DNA of 17,462 nucleotides from Archangium sp. (GCA_031367385.1 JANLPS010000283.1:1-17462); one strand, 5' to 3'; counted from the first letter of the stretch, positions 1-8,950 are shown. Translations and numbers: made by a program. The notes: generated by a model not told the origin, from the letters alone.

Positions 1-2714
1 ATGCTCCCGCCGCCCCACCGCCACCACCGCCAGCCGCGAATTCGCCGTTTCTCTTCGACATGGCTGGTCAGCAGAACCGCGCCGCGCCGGCCCCCGCCGC
101 GCCGAACTACGATTTGAGCGAGGGCCCCACTGCTCGGGTTCGCGCGTCCGCACCCCCGCCGCTCCCTCCCGCGATCAAGGCCTCCTCCCCCAGCGGGCCC
201 CCCGCCCCCGCGCCATTCGCGTTCGACTTCTCATCGCCCCCCCCGCCGGTGAGCCCGATGTCGTTGCCGAGCATCGCCGCGCCGCCGCCCCCTGCGCCGA
301 TGCAGCCGAGCCCCTTCGATTTTGGCTCGTTGCCACCCCCCTCGCCGCCGCGGGCGAAGAGCAGCGCCGCCTTCGAGATGGAGCTCTCGCCCCCTCCACC
401 GGGAATGCCCAGCGCCTCGGCCCCGGCGCCGGTCAAGCTCTCGGGCCCGCCAACGAGCACCGACCCCGACAGCTTGTTCGACTTCTCGCAGCCGACCAAT
501 TCGGGCACGGAGGTGCGGTGCAAGAGCTGCGGCAAGGCGCTCAACGACCCGTTCGATCAGGCCCTGGGCACCTGCGACGACTGCCGCAGCAAACAGCAAG
601 AGCGCCCCGATGAGCTGGGCGCCGAGCCCAACAGCCGCATCGAACGCATCGACACCTCGATGCTTGCAGCGAAGATGGCCCCGGCGAAGGCGCAGCTCAT
701 ACCGGTGACGACCAGCAGTATGCCGGTGGCCTCGACGACCGAGGTCTCGGTCGTGCGGTCGGCGATGCGCGATCACGAGAGCCGCTCGAATCGCAGCCGC
801 AACATCGGCATCGCCCTGGGCGTCGTCGGCCTGATCGGCATGGGCACGTTTCTCTTCATCAAGAAACCGTGGGACCGAAAACGCCCGCCGCCGGTCATTC
901 ACCAGGCGCCCACCAGCTCGAAGCCGGTCGACGCGGTCGTTCAATCGTGGCGAATGAATTACCCCGAGCTCGATGGCGCTTCGTCGAAGCAGGCGTTTGG
1001 CTTCGTCAGCGCTGGTGAAGAGGCGCTCAACACCGACACCACCAAGGGCTACATCGACGCTGAAGAGTCGTTCAAGAAGGCGCTGGTCATCGACAACGGC
1101 AATGAGCGCGCGGTCGCCGGGTGGGTCTTCGCCCTCGCCTTCGGGCGCGGCGCAGCCATCGATGATCAAACCGCCACCGCCGCCGAGTCGATGCTCGCCG
1201 CCGCCGAGCAGCGCAGCGGAGACCCCCGGCTCTACATCGCCCACGCCCATTTTCTGATCGCCCGAAACGGCAACTCCAATGACATTCAGGTCATGGCCGA
1301 GCGGGGCAAGAACAGCCCGACCCCCGCCGACAAGGCTCTGGCCGCGATGGCGATTGGGCAGGCCATGCTCAGCAAGAACGAGACGGTCGCAGGTGAGTCG
1401 TTCGCCGAGGCGCTGCGGCTCGACCCCAAGCTCAAGCGCGGCTACTTCTTTCAAGCCCGCTTGGCCGCCTCAATGGGCCGGTACCGCGACGCCGCGATGA
1501 ACCTCGAGAAGCGCCTCGAGCTCGATGCAGACCAGTGGGAGGCCGCCGACGAGCTCGCTCGGCTCTACGTCGAGGTGGGAGAGCCTGCGAAGGCCAAGAA
1601 GGTGCTCGAAAACGCCCTCAAGGCCGCTCCGAAGAATGCCAAGCCGCGCATTGGGTTGGCCAAGCTCGCCTACCAGCACGCCTCAGACCCCGGTCTCGCC
1701 GTCGAGCTGCTCAATGCGGTGGTCGCTGACAAAGACGTCTCGAACAAAGATCTGGCTGACGCCTACACGCACTTGTCGGCGGCGCACCGGGTCGCGGGTG
1801 ATGCAGTCAAGTCGGCCGAGGCCATCGAGAAGGCACTCGAGCTCTCGCCCGAATCGGTGCCCGCCAAGCTGCAGCGCTTCGTGGTGATGGTCGACAAGAA
1901 CGTCACCTCGCAGGCGCGGCTCGATCTCGATTCGATCAAGGGCAAGCTGGGCGACCCCACCCTCGACCAGGTGCTCGAAGGCCGGCTGCTGTTCGCGCAG
2001 GGCCGCTTCGAAGAGGCCGCGGCGCTGCTCGGCAAGGTGCATGAGACCGAGCCCCGCAGGGCCGAGGCGCTCCTCTTGGCTGGCGCGGCGTCTGCGCGGG
2101 CCAAGCAAGACGGCAAGGCCTGGGAGTACTGCCTCAAGCGCGGCTCGAAGCTCGACCCGCTCAGCTACGCGGTGCCGGCGATGACCCAGCTGTACGTGCG
2201 CCCGGCCGACATCTTGCGGCCCGCCGCGGGGGCCTACGCATCGCTCAACCCCAGTGGCTACGAAGACCCGAACCCCGAGCTGTGCGAAGGCCTCGTGGCC
2301 TGGTTCTCAGAAGACAACGCGACCGCCGACAAGCACTTCGCGCGGGTCATCACCATCGATCAGAAGAACGGCGACGCCTACGCCTACAGGGCCTTCATCT
2401 CGCTGCGCCGAAAAGACGTCGGCTCCGCGCTGCGCATGGGCGGTAAAGCGGTCGACGCGGTTCGGCTCAACGCGCTGGCGCACTACGCACTCGCCGCGGC
2501 GTTGATGGCCAGCAACAAGCCCGAGTCGGCCAAGCCCGAGGCGGTCAACGCCAACAAGCTCGGCGCCCAGCTGCTCGCTCCCCGGGTGATCATGGGCGAG
2601 GTCGAGGCGCGGTTGAAGAACGAGGCCGAGGCCAGGCGGTTGCTCACCACCGTGCTGCTGGGCGACTCGTACTACCGCGAGGCCAAGCGGGTGCTGTACA
2701 AGCAGTCGCTGTGA
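1..2714 (+). CDS. Membrane-anchored TPR protein with Pro-rich N-terminal region and internal C4 zinc finger; 5'-truncated by the window edge
   Basis: The frame of ORF 60..2714 is open back to base 3 (APAAPPPPPPAANSPFLFD-M), so the true start is probably upstream. Pro/Ser/Ala low-complexity region, then CKSC-x14-CDDC (519-584), a hydrophobic helix (IGIALGVVGLIGMGTFLFI) and many TPR-like helices (AEESFKKALVIDNGN, FAEALRLDPKL, LENALKAAPKN, AIEKALELSPES). Confidence 0.85.
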   Translation, partial: APAAPPPPPPAANSPFLFDMAGQQNRAAPAPAAPNYDLSEGPTARVRASAPPPLPPAIKASSPSGPPAPAPFAFDFSSPPPPVSPMSLPSIAAPPPPAPMQPSPFDFGSLPPPSPPRAKSSAAFEMELSPPPPGMPSASAPAPVKLSGPPTSTDPDSLFDFSQPTNSGTEVRCKSCGKALNDPFDQALGTCDDCRSKQQERPDELGAEPNSRIERIDTSMLAAKMAPAKAQLIPVTTSSMPVASTTEVSVVRSAMRDHESRSNRSRNIGIALGVVGLIGMGTFLFIKKPWDRKRPPPVIHQAPTSSKPVDAVVQSWRMNYPELDGASSKQAFGFVSAGEEALNTDTTKGYIDAEESFKKALVIDNGNERAVAGWVFALAFGRGAAIDDQTATAAESMLAAAEQRSGDPRLYIAHAHFLIARNGNSNDIQVMAERGKNSPTPADKALAAMAIGQAMLSKNETVAGESFAEALRLDPKLKRGYFFQARLAASMGRYRDAAMNLEKRLELDADQWEAADELARLYVEVGEPAKAKKVLENALKAAPKNAKPRIGLAKLAYQHASDPGLAVELLNAVVADKDVSNKDLADAYTHLSAAHRVAGDAVKSAEAIEKALELSPESVPAKLQRFVVMVDKNVTSQARLDLDSIKGKLGDPTLDQVLEGRLLFAQGRFEEAAALLGKVHETEPRRAEALLLAGAASARAKQDGKAWEYCLKRGSKLDPLSYAVPAMTQLYVRPADILRPAAGAYASLNPSGYEDPNPELCEGLVAWFSEDNATADKHFARVITIDQKNGDAYAYRAFISLRRKDVGSALRMGGKAVDAVRLNALAHYALAAALMASNKPESAKPEAVNANKLGAQLLAPRVIMGEVEARLKNEAEARRLLTTVLLGDSYYREAKRVLYKQSL

Positions 2715-3961
2715 AGATTCTCGTTCTGGGCAGTGGCGGTCGAGAGCACGCGCTGGTGTGGAAGGTGCTTCAGAGCCCGCTGGTCACCAAGGTCATCTGC
2801 GCGCCGGGCAACCCGGGCATCGCGATGCTGGCCGAGTGTGTGCCCGTCGAGGCCACCAACCCCGCGGCGGTGGTCGAGCTTGCGCGCGCGCGATCGATTG
2901 AGCTGGTCGTGGTCGGGCCCGAGGCCCCTCTGGTCGCTGGAGTCGCCGACGCGCTCCGTGCAGCGGGCATCGACGTGTTCGGCCCCGATGCCGGCGCCGC
3001 GAAGATCGAAGGCTCGAAGGCCTTCGCCAAAGAGATCATGTTCGCCGCGGGTGTGCCGACCGCGAAATCTGAAGTGTTCACCGACGCTGCTACTGCTGCT
3101 GAGCGCGCGCTGGCCTGGGGCCCGGTGGTCGTGAAGGCCGACGGGTTGGCGGCGGGCAAGGGCGTGGTGGTCGCCGACTCTGGAGCCGAGGCCGCGGCCG
3201 CCTGTCGCACCCTCGGTGCCTTGCCTGCGGGGCAGACGTTGTTGCTCGAAGAGCGGCTGGGCGGGCCCGAGCTGTCGGTGATCGCGCTGTGTGACGGCGA
3301 GCGGTTCGTGCTGCTGCCTCCCGCGCAAGATCACAAGCGCCTGCGCGATGGCGATCAAGGCCCGAACACCGGCGGCATGGGGGCCTACGCGCCCGCCCGG
3401 TTGCTGAGCGACGCGCAGCTGCAGGGCATTGGCGAGACGGTGATCACCCCGACCTTGCGTGAGCTCGCGCGCCGGGGCACCCCGTTTCGCGGAGCCCTCT
3501 ACGCAGGGCTGATGCTGACGCCCCAGGGCCCCAAAGTGCTCGAATTCAATGCGCGGTTGGGTGACCCCGAGACGCAGCCGGTGTTGATGCAGCTCGCCGA
3601 AGACCTGGTGCCGCTGCTGCAGCAGTGCGCGCGGGGCACGTTGAAGCCACGTCCGCTCCAGTTCGCGGCGGGCAGCTCGGTGGCGGTGGTGCTGGCGGCC
3701 CACGGGTACCCGGAGTCGCCTCGCACCGGTGACGCGATTGAAGGGCTCGGCTCGACGCCCCCAGGCGCGCTGATTTTTCACGCCGGCACCAAGCAGACCG
3801 GCCCAGCCATCGTGACCTCATCAGGCCGGGTGCTCACGGTCTGCGCCCACGGCTCGAGCTTCGACGACGCGCGGGCCAAGGCCTACGCGGCGGTCGCGTC
3901 GATTCGCTTCGAGGGCATGCAGTTTCGCGCTGACATCGGAGCGAACGCTCCCAAGGGGTGA
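2711..3961 (+). CDS. purD: Phosphoribosylamine--glycine ligase (GAR synthetase)
   Basis: Hallmark motifs MKILVLGSGGREHAL, APGNPG, VVGPEAPLVAG, EGSKAFAK, VVKADGLAAGKGV, QDHKR, GPNTGGMGAY, LEFNARLGDPETQ, FHAGT and SGRVL. GTG start overlaps the upstream TGA (GTGA). Confidence 0.98.
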   Translation: MKILVLGSGGREHALVWKVLQSPLVTKVICAPGNPGIAMLAECVPVEATNPAAVVELARARSIELVVVGPEAPLVAGVADALRAAGIDVFGPDAGAAKIEGSKAFAKEIMFAAGVPTAKSEVFTDAATAAERALAWGPVVVKADGLAAGKGVVVADSGAEAAAACRTLGALPAGQTLLLEERLGGPELSVIALCDGERFVLLPPAQDHKRLRDGDQGPNTGGMGAYAPARLLSDAQLQGIGETVITPTLRELARRGTPFRGALYAGLMLTPQGPKVLEFNARLGDPETQPVLMQLAEDLVPLLQQCARGTLKPRPLQFAAGSSVAVVLAAHGYPESPRTGDAIEGLGSTPPGALIFHAGTKQTGPAIVTSSGRVLTVCAHGSSFDDARAKAYAAVASIRFEGMQFRADIGANAPKG

Positions 3962-5070
3962 CCTTGATGATGCTCAGGCGCTATCTCCTTCGAGAAATCG
4001 TCGCGCCATTCTTCGCCTGGGCGGGCCTGCTCTTCGTGTTGTTCTTCGTGATGGCGTTTCTGCGCGGCACCGATTTTCTGCTCGGCAGCGCGGTCACGGC
4101 GGGTGACTTCGCCCGCTTCACACTCTCGCTCTCGCCTCAGTTCGTGGTGCAGGCGATGCCGATCGCCCTGCTGCTCGCCATTCTTTTGGGGCTCGGCCGG
4201 CTCTCTGAAGACCGCGAGCTGGTCGCGATGCAGGCGCTGGGCATTCGGCCCTCGGCGTTCTTTCTCGCGCCCCTGATGCTCGGCGTGCTGCTCTCGCTGG
4301 TGATGTTGGGGCTCGCGTTCACGCTGCAGCCATGGGGCATGTCGTCGCTGCGCTCGGTGGCCCAAGACATCATTCGCCGCAATCTGGTCAGCGACATTCG
4401 CAGCGGCACGTTTCACGAAGAGGTGCCCGGCCTCACCCTCTACGCCGAGAAGGTCGAGCCGGGCAATCGGTGGACCAACGTGCTGCTCTTCGACGGGCGC
4501 GATCCCGCCGCTCCGGTGCTCGCCGTCTCGCAGCATGGTCACGTCGGCAGCAACGAGGCGGTGTCGTCGGTCGTCTTCGAGCTCACCAATGGCAGCGCGC
4601 ACCGGGCCTCGCGCGCGACCACCGAGTACACCACCCTCGAGTTCGAGCAGGGCTCGTTTCGGGCCGACGTGGGCGAGGCGTTCTTTCAGAACAACAAGTT
4701 TCGCACCACCAGCGAAGAGCGAACCCCAGCGCAGCTTCAGAGCGATCTCGACCAGGCCCGTGAGCGCGGAGAACCCACCAGCCGCCTTCAGACCCAGCTG
4801 CATTGGCGCTTCGGGCAGATCGTGATGCCGTTCGCGTTCGCGTGCCTGGGTACTCCCTTGGCGCTCAGCCGCAAGCGTGGAGGCCGGGGCCGCGGGTTCT
4901 TGCTCACCCTCGCTAGCTACGTGGGGTTCTACGTGCTCGCTCGCGCGGCGGTGCAATTCGGAGAGGCCGGGCAAATACCCGGGTGGCTCGCGGGGCAGCT
5001 CGCCAACGTGGTGTTCATCGCGGCTGGCCTTGCGCTGATGGTGTTGGTCGATCGCCGGGGCGCGGTATGA
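3958..5070 (+). CDS. lptF: LPS export ABC transporter permease LptF (LptF/LptG family)
   Basis: RRYLLREIVAPF N-terminus, three TM helices, MPIALLLAILLGLGRLSEDRELVAMQALG coupling motif, periplasmic beta-rich domain, LHWRF...PFAFACLGTPL and C-terminal TMs. First of a tandem permease pair. Start may be the GTG at 3958 or an ATG a few codons downstream. Confidence 0.9.
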   Translation: MTLMMLRRYLLREIVAPFFAWAGLLFVLFFVMAFLRGTDFLLGSAVTAGDFARFTLSLSPQFVVQAMPIALLLAILLGLGRLSEDRELVAMQALGIRPSAFFLAPLMLGVLLSLVMLGLAFTLQPWGMSSLRSVAQDIIRRNLVSDIRSGTFHEEVPGLTLYAEKVEPGNRWTNVLLFDGRDPAAPVLAVSQHGHVGSNEAVSSVVFELTNGSAHRASRATTEYTTLEFEQGSFRADVGEAFFQNNKFRTTSEERTPAQLQSDLDQARERGEPTSRLQTQLHWRFGQIVMPFAFACLGTPLALSRKRGGRGRGFLLTLASYVGFYVLARAAVQFGEAGQIPGWLAGQLANVVFIAAGLALMVLVDRRGAV

Positions 5071-6173
5071 GCCGCACGCTCTTCATCTACATCGCCCGGC
5101 TGTACGTGCTGCTCTCGCTGGGTATTTTGGCGGCCCTCACCGTGGTGTTTCTGGTCGTCGACTTCGGCGACAAGCTGAAGATCTTCACCGATCGCCCGGC
5201 GCTCGATGTCGCGCGGCTCTACGGCTTCAAGGCGCTGGTCGCTTTTCACCAGCTGGCGCCAGCGGCGTTGCTGCTCGCGGGCGGCACCACCGTCTCGATT
5301 CTTCGCCGTCGCTCGGAGTGGATCGCGATGCAAGCCGTCGGGGCCTCGCGGTGGGTGATGGTGCTGCCGATTGGCGTCTCGGCGTTGCTCTTCGCGGTCG
5401 GGCTCATCGCCTTTGATGAAGAGGTGGTGACCCACGCGGGTACCCGGGTCGATCGCCTGATGGTCGACTCGTTCAACCGCTACGGCGACTTTCGGTTCTA
5501 CTACGTGCCCAAACAGTGGTTTCGGGTCGGCCAAGACGTGTTTCAAATTCGTGGAGAGACCGACGAAGACGGCACCCTGCATGACGTCAGCGTGTTCTCG
5601 ATGTCTCCGAGCTTTCACCTCGACTCGCGCATCGACATCGAGCGCATGGAGCACGTCGAGGGCTCGACCTGGGCGCTTCATCACGCGGTGACGCGGCGAT
5701 TCTTGGGCGATGGGGAGTCGCAGCTCGTCGTCGAGCCTCCGATGCTTCGGGCATTCGCGGGGACGAGTGCTGACACCTTTCGGGTGCGGCAGGGGCGGCC
5801 CGAGCAGATGCGGGTGCGCGACATTCTCGAGCAACAGCAGATTCGCGCGAACGTGGGGCTGCCGACCGAGCGGTTCTGGTTGGCGCTGCACAACCGGTTT
5901 GCCTACCCGCTGACTGGCATGGCGGCGTCGTTGCTCGCGGTGACACTGGCGCTGCGGCCGAACCGACGGGGCCATTTGACCCTGGCGATCGTCGAGGGGC
6001 TGGTGGTGTCGGTCGCGCTGTTCGCGTTGCTGCTGACGGGCAAGGCGCTGGTGCTGGGTGAGCATGTGCCCGCATCGGTCGCGGCGTGGTCGCCAGTGCT
6101 GGCGTTGCTGAGCGCGTCGGCCGTAATGTGGCTCGCGGCCGAGCGGCGCCTGTCTTTTCGGCGCAAGGCTTGA
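5067..6173 (+). CDS. lptG: LPS export ABC transporter permease LptG (LptF/LptG family)
   Basis: ATG at 5067 overlaps the lptF stop (ATGA) and gives MSRTLFIYIARLY, preferred over the ORF-track start at 4983. LAPAALLLAG...LRRRSEWIAMQAVGAS motif, PEQM, LHNRFAYPL, AAWSP. 3+3 TM topology. Confidence 0.9.
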   Translation: MSRTLFIYIARLYVLLSLGILAALTVVFLVVDFGDKLKIFTDRPALDVARLYGFKALVAFHQLAPAALLLAGGTTVSILRRRSEWIAMQAVGASRWVMVLPIGVSALLFAVGLIAFDEEVVTHAGTRVDRLMVDSFNRYGDFRFYYVPKQWFRVGQDVFQIRGETDEDGTLHDVSVFSMSPSFHLDSRIDIERMEHVEGSTWALHHAVTRRFLGDGESQLVVEPPMLRAFAGTSADTFRVRQGRPEQMRVRDILEQQQIRANVGLPTERFWLALHNRFAYPLTGMAASLLAVTLALRPNRRGHLTLAIVEGLVVSVALFALLLTGKALVLGEHVPASVAAWSPVLALLSASAVMWLAAERRLSFRRKA

Positions 6174-6210
6174 GCCGACGACGACGTGACGTTCACTGGG
6201 GGGTTCACAC

Positions 6211-7011
6211 ATGGAAACACCGTTTGCAGAGTTCAAGGCAGCTCAGCGCAAGGGTTGGGCTTTTTTTGCTCCAATCGAGGTCACCACGATGACGGCCGCC
6301 GCGAAGTTGGTGGCGTTTGCCGGCGTCAAACCCGGGCAGCGGGTGCTTGATGTCGGGTGTGGCACCGGCGTGGTGGCAGTGACCGCCGCCCGCGTCAAGG
6401 CGATGGTGAGCGGGCTTGATCTCACGCCTGAATTGCTCGAGGTCGCGAAGCACAACAGCACGCTCGCGGGGGTCGAAGTGGAGTGGCGGGAGGGTGATGC
6501 CGAGGCTTTACCGTTCGACCCTGGCACGTTCGACGTCGTGCTCAGCCAGTTCGGGCACATGTTCGCGCCGAGGCCCGAGGTGGCGATCGCCGAGATGTTG
6601 CGGGTGCTCAAGCCCGGAGGCGTGATTGCTTTCTCGACCTGGCCCGGTGAGCTCTTCACGGGCCGCATGTTTCAGCTCTCTGCGCGGTACGGGGCGCCTC
6701 CGCCACCGAATGTGCCAGCGCCTGTGATGTGGGGCGACCCGGCGGTCATACGGGAGCGGCTTGGTGCGGGCGTGAAAGATCTTCGCTTCGACCGCGCGAC
6801 GATGTTCAACGCGGCGCTGAGCCCCGGCCATCATCGCGATCAAAGCGAGCGCTTCGCGGCCCCGGTGAAGCGGTTCATCGAGAGCAAGCCCGACCCCGCC
6901 AAGCTCGCCGAATTTCGGCGTGAGTACGAGGCGTTGGTCGAACAGTTCTTCGACAGCTCGAGCAACTGCGTACGGCAAGACTTCTTGATGACCCGCGCGA
7001 TCAAGACCTGA
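6211..7011 (+). CDS. Class I SAM-dependent methyltransferase (UbiE/Methyltransf_11-like), substrate unknown
   Basis: Motif I VLDVGCGTG, GLDLTPELL, GDAEALPFDPGTFDVVLSQFGHMFAP and EMLRVLKPGG. Confidence 0.92.
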   Translation: METPFAEFKAAQRKGWAFFAPIEVTTMTAAAKLVAFAGVKPGQRVLDVGCGTGVVAVTAARVKAMVSGLDLTPELLEVAKHNSTLAGVEVEWREGDAEALPFDPGTFDVVLSQFGHMFAPRPEVAIAEMLRVLKPGGVIAFSTWPGELFTGRMFQLSARYGAPPPPNVPAPVMWGDPAVIRERLGAGVKDLRFDRATMFNAALSPGHHRDQSERFAAPVKRFIESKPDPAKLAEFRREYEALVEQFFDSSSNCVRQDFLMTRAIKT

Positions 7012-7016
7012 TCCCC

Positions 7017-7046
7017 CCGTTCTCCTGAGGGACTCGAAGGATTCGG
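7017..7046 (+). repeat. REP-like imperfect hairpin just after the methyltransferase stop (possible 3' stabiliser or terminator)
   Basis: CCGTTCTCCTGAGGGACTCGAAGGATTCGG: TCCT/AGGA and GAG/CTC stems with outer CCG/CGG. A related sequence, CCATTCGTACTGAGGGCCTCG, lies at 11501-11521. Confidence 0.35.
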
Positions 7047-7193
7047 CTCGAAACGCGGACTCGCCGAGGCCCTGTTGAGCGAAAATATGAAGACGGGTGA
7101 AGGTGCGCGCTGTCTTCCAGACGCGTCGTTCGGGCGGATGTTCGTGTCGCTCAGCGGCGAAACCATGCTCACTGGGAGGGGCCTCGTCTGCGC

Positions 7194-7514
7194 GTCTCCC
7201 TGCGCGATCGAGGAGGGGCTCCGTCAGGGTCGCGCGACCGTTGGCGCGCATCATCGGTTGCTGAGCCATCGGCTCATGCTGCTGCATCGGCGGTGGAGAT
7301 CTGCGGCGGCGCCGGAGTTGGCGCGGCATCGAAATTCATGTTCGGCGAGGGCGCGATCTGTCTCGGCGGCGGCGTCGAATACATCATCGGGGGCGTGTGC
7401 CACCGCTCGGGGCAGAAGCGTCGAATTGATGCTCGGCAACGGAGAGACCTGTCTCGGCGAGGCATCGAGTCCACCATCGGCGCGAACGCTCGTCGCCGGT
7501 GCCCCACTCGCGTG
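7194..7514 (-). pseudogene. Diverged, frameshifted duplicate of the 3' end (repeat tail) of the adjacent DUF6600-like gene
   Basis: Collinear with about 7623-7926; 7246-7296 vs 7679-7729 match at 44/51 nt ungapped (hand count). Peptide remnants lie in three different minus frames: PSINSTLLPRAVA, PMMYSTPPPRQIAPSPNMN and PPPMQQHEPMAQQPMMRA. The intact gene has PSMNSAPPPRAVA, PMMNSMPPPRAVAPPPSMN and PPPMQRSAPMAQPPMMRA. Confidence 0.75.
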
Positions 7515-7624
7515 ATAACGCAGGTGCGCGGTCGTCCGAGCAGTGTTGCTGTCGCGTTTGCCTCCCGCATCACCCACCAATGAGGGCAGGGCCCGCCCGT
7601 GTCCTGGCACGAAGCCCTGAGGGT

Positions 7625-8926
7625 CTACCTGCGCGGTGGAGGCGGTGCTCCCGAAGGGCCGCGCGATGGTGCTGGCGCGCGCATCATCGGTGGTTGAGCC
7701 ATCGGCGCACTCCGCTGCATTGGCGGTGGTGCCATCGGCGGCGGCGCGAAGGTTCTCTGCTGCGGCATCGAATTCATGCTCGGCGGAGGCGCCACCGCTC
7801 TCGGCGGAGGCATCGAGTTCATCATCGGTGCGGGTGCCACCGCGCGCGGCGGCGGCGCTGAATTCATGCTCGGCGCAGGCGGCATCGCTCCGCCCATGCT
7901 CGGCGCTGGTGCCACCGCTCGCGATGGCGGCATCGAATTCACGCTCGGTGCCGGCTGCATTCCTCCCATGCCTGGAGGGGGAGCGGAAACGCGCCCCGGT
8001 GGCATCGAATTCATGCTCGGCGCGGGCGCGACCGGGCCCGACCCTCGCGTTTCAAGTGCTCCATTCGAAACTGCTCTCGGTGGGGGTGAGCCTTCTCGTC
8101 CCGGCGGCATGGCTCCGCCCATGCTCGGTGCTGGCGCGACCGGGCGCGGCGCTGACCCTTCAAGCGCCCCGTTCGAGATCGCTCTCGGCGGTGGCGGTGC
8201 CCCCACGTTCGGCGCTGGCGCACCCGGCGCCAACCCAGGCCGCCCCACTGGGGGCGGTGCCCCGATCGCCACGTGCTGCACGACCCCCGGAGGAGGCGGC
8301 GACACGTGCACCGGGCGAATCTCAGACCCGATCGCCGAAGCCACATGCGCCGGAGGCGGCCCCACCCCGTACCCTCTGCTGCGCTCCCGCTCGACCGCGA
8401 TCGCCTGATGGTACGCGACCTCTGCGCGACGCTCGTCGAGCCGATACCGCCAGGGCTCGCGGTCAACCAGGTATCGCGTCTCGACGAACGCCCAGCGCGG
8501 CCGGTACGTCGGGTAGATCACCTCGATGCCGACGGGTGCCATCGGCACCCAGCCCACGTACCCGCCACCCGAACGCCAATCGACCCACGAGGGAGCCCAA
8601 TCATTGCCCTGCACCCACACCCAGCCCAGCGCAGGGTCTCGGTACCAGCGGCCGTAGTGATAGACGGCCCACGAAAACGGGTACTCCGACTCGAAGATCC
8701 ACCCCTCGTCCGAATACACCCAATGCCCGCCAGTCGAGTACGGCTCGAAGTCGACGCCGACGACTTGCTGTGACGGTCTCCAGACCCGGCCGTAGCGAGG
8801 CACCGCGACCCATTCTCCGTAAGGCGACAACCCGTCTTCGAAACGCACGACCACGTCGGCCTCAGCGGTCGCCGAGGCCGTAGCGAAGCTCACGATCAGC
8901 GCACCCACCAGCAGTTGCGATTTCAT
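7625..8926 (-). CDS. Secreted DUF6600-like Trp/Gly-rich domain protein with long Pro/Met/Ser repeat tail
   Basis: ATG at 8926 preceded by GGGAG. Signal peptide MKSQLLVGALIVSFATASATAEA. LSPYGEWV, PYSTGGHWVYSDEGW, YHYGRW, GWVWVQGNDWAPSWVDWR and GYVGWVP match my recollection of DUF6600. C-terminal half is low complexity. Confidence 0.82.
   Translation of the reverse strand: MKSQLLVGALIVSFATASATAEADVVVRFEDGLSPYGEWVAVPRYGRVWRPSQQVVGVDFEPYSTGGHWVYSDEGWIFESEYPFSWAVYHYGRWYRDPALGWVWVQGNDWAPSWVDWRSGGGYVGWVPMAPVGIEVIYPTYRPRWAFVETRYLVDREPWRYRLDERRAEVAYHQAIAVERERSRGYGVGPPPAHVASAIGSEIRPVHVSPPPPGVVQHVAIGAPPPVGRPGLAPGAPAPNVGAPPPPRAISNGALEGSAPRPVAPAPSMGGAMPPGREGSPPPRAVSNGALETRGSGPVAPAPSMNSMPPGRVSAPPPGMGGMQPAPSVNSMPPSRAVAPAPSMGGAMPPAPSMNSAPPPRAVAPAPMMNSMPPPRAVAPPPSMNSMPQQRTFAPPPMAPPPMQRSAPMAQPPMMRAPAPSRGPSGAPPPPRR
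7660..8200 (-). repeat. Intragenic imperfect tandem repeats encoding PAPSM(N/G)-like units
   Basis: About 8 PAPS/PPPS/PAPM-type units and two PPPRA(I/V)SNGALE units. Exact 22-nt repeat GGCATCGAATTCATGCTCGGCG at 7764-7785 and 8001-8022, with variants near 7810, 7860 and 7929. Confidence 0.85.
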
Positions 8927-8950
8927 AGACGTCTCCCAGGGTGCTGGCAG

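Noticed and set aside
231..6236. Long minus-strand ORFs opposite the TPR gene, purD, lptF and lptG
   Set aside because: Typical high-GC antisense open frames, Arg/Gly-rich with no motifs, fully overlapping well-supported genes.
6261..6267. T7 tract near the methyltransferase 5' end as a phase-variation switch
   Set aside because: Short, in frame (Ala-Phe-Phe), and there is no evidence of length variation without read data.
6508..7610. Minus-strand ORFs 6508..7329, 7251..7610 and 7274..7573 as genes
   Set aside because: Each holds only one fragment of the frameshifted tail copy; the rest is antisense to the methyltransferase or lacks recognisable features.
7194..7926. Diversity-generating retroelement template/variable repeat pair
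   Set aside because: Mismatches are not confined to adenines of one copy (G/C changes and adenine differences in both directions), indels are frequent, and no reverse transcriptase is in the window.
7636..8883. Long plus-strand ORFs (7636..8883; Gly-rich 7776..8408)
   Set aside because: Antisense shadows of the Pro-rich DUF6600-like gene, which has the signal peptide, SD and family motifs.
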